Source of the DNA: Candidatus Uhrbacteria bacterium
GTDB lineage: Bacteria; Patescibacteriota; Patescibacteriia; UBA9934
Assembly (NCBI GenBank): GCA_943358395.1
Contig: CALRGY010000002.1
Coordinates: 1 to 58,166, forward strand
Length of the DNA: 58,166 nt
Reading direction: 5' to 3'
Under the pieces are notes generated by a model that saw only the letters and a program-made list of their open reading frames with translations, was not told the DNA's origin and searched no databases. The position numbers were made by a program, and so were the translations under genes. This document shows positions 58,023 to 58,166 of the stretch, piece by piece. Position 1 is the first letter of the stretch. Each line of letters starts with the position of its first letter.

Positions 58023-58166
58023 CTCACCTTACGCAGTCCCTCACTCTTCCTGCTATGCTTGAGGCTGTATGGAAAAACATCTCGACCTCTACACCGACTA
58101 TCTCATCTCCTCATTTTCACAAACGACCGCGACGGGACTTTCCAGAGCCCTGGATGGCGCGGTGAG
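58023..58166 (+). mobile_element. IS701-like insertion sequence, left end and transposase N-terminus (partial)
   Basis: ATG 58069 encodes MEKHLDLYTDYLISSFSQTTATGLSRALDGAV; putative end CTCACCTTACGCAGT. Confidence 0.75.

Noticed and set aside
58023..58037. IS701-like end as the mobiliser of the ~125-bp element
   Set aside because: CTCACCTTACGCAGT does not match the TAGGACTTTCTCATTTT arms, and the arms vary between copies

Overview
58 kb of a Patescibacteria (CPR)-like bacterial chromosome; the lineage is inferred from gene content such as DUF4012, DUF2090, split transketolase, type-2 IleRS, a pilin-like protein and short-leader promoters. The window runs from the 3' end of a 23S-5S rRNA operon through housekeeping genes (maf, pentose-phosphate cluster, ileS, ruvA, trpS, secG, rplS, cmk, two pseudouridine synthases), a polyamine locus, a glycosyltransferase cluster, RNase P RNA, four tRNAs (Ala-UGC, Leu-CAG, Ile-UAU, Val-GAC) and a hicBA pair, ending inside an IS701-like element. 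The least explained signal is a layered set of non-coding palindromic repeats. (1) There are 13 copies of a ~125-bp hairpin element with a covarying CGTAC/GTACG core, several next to stable-RNA genes. (2) Some copies carry nested 24-bp hairpins flanked by 3-bp duplications. (3) A small GIY-YIG nuclease gene sits in a cassette of REP-like palindromes with 43-bp terminal inverted repeats. (4) A G/C-run repeat is inserted in frame in ileS (twice), rpe and a FemAB-like gene. (5) A duplicated promoter-palindrome-terminator module brackets the polyamine locus. All calls were made by eye; no database searches were run.
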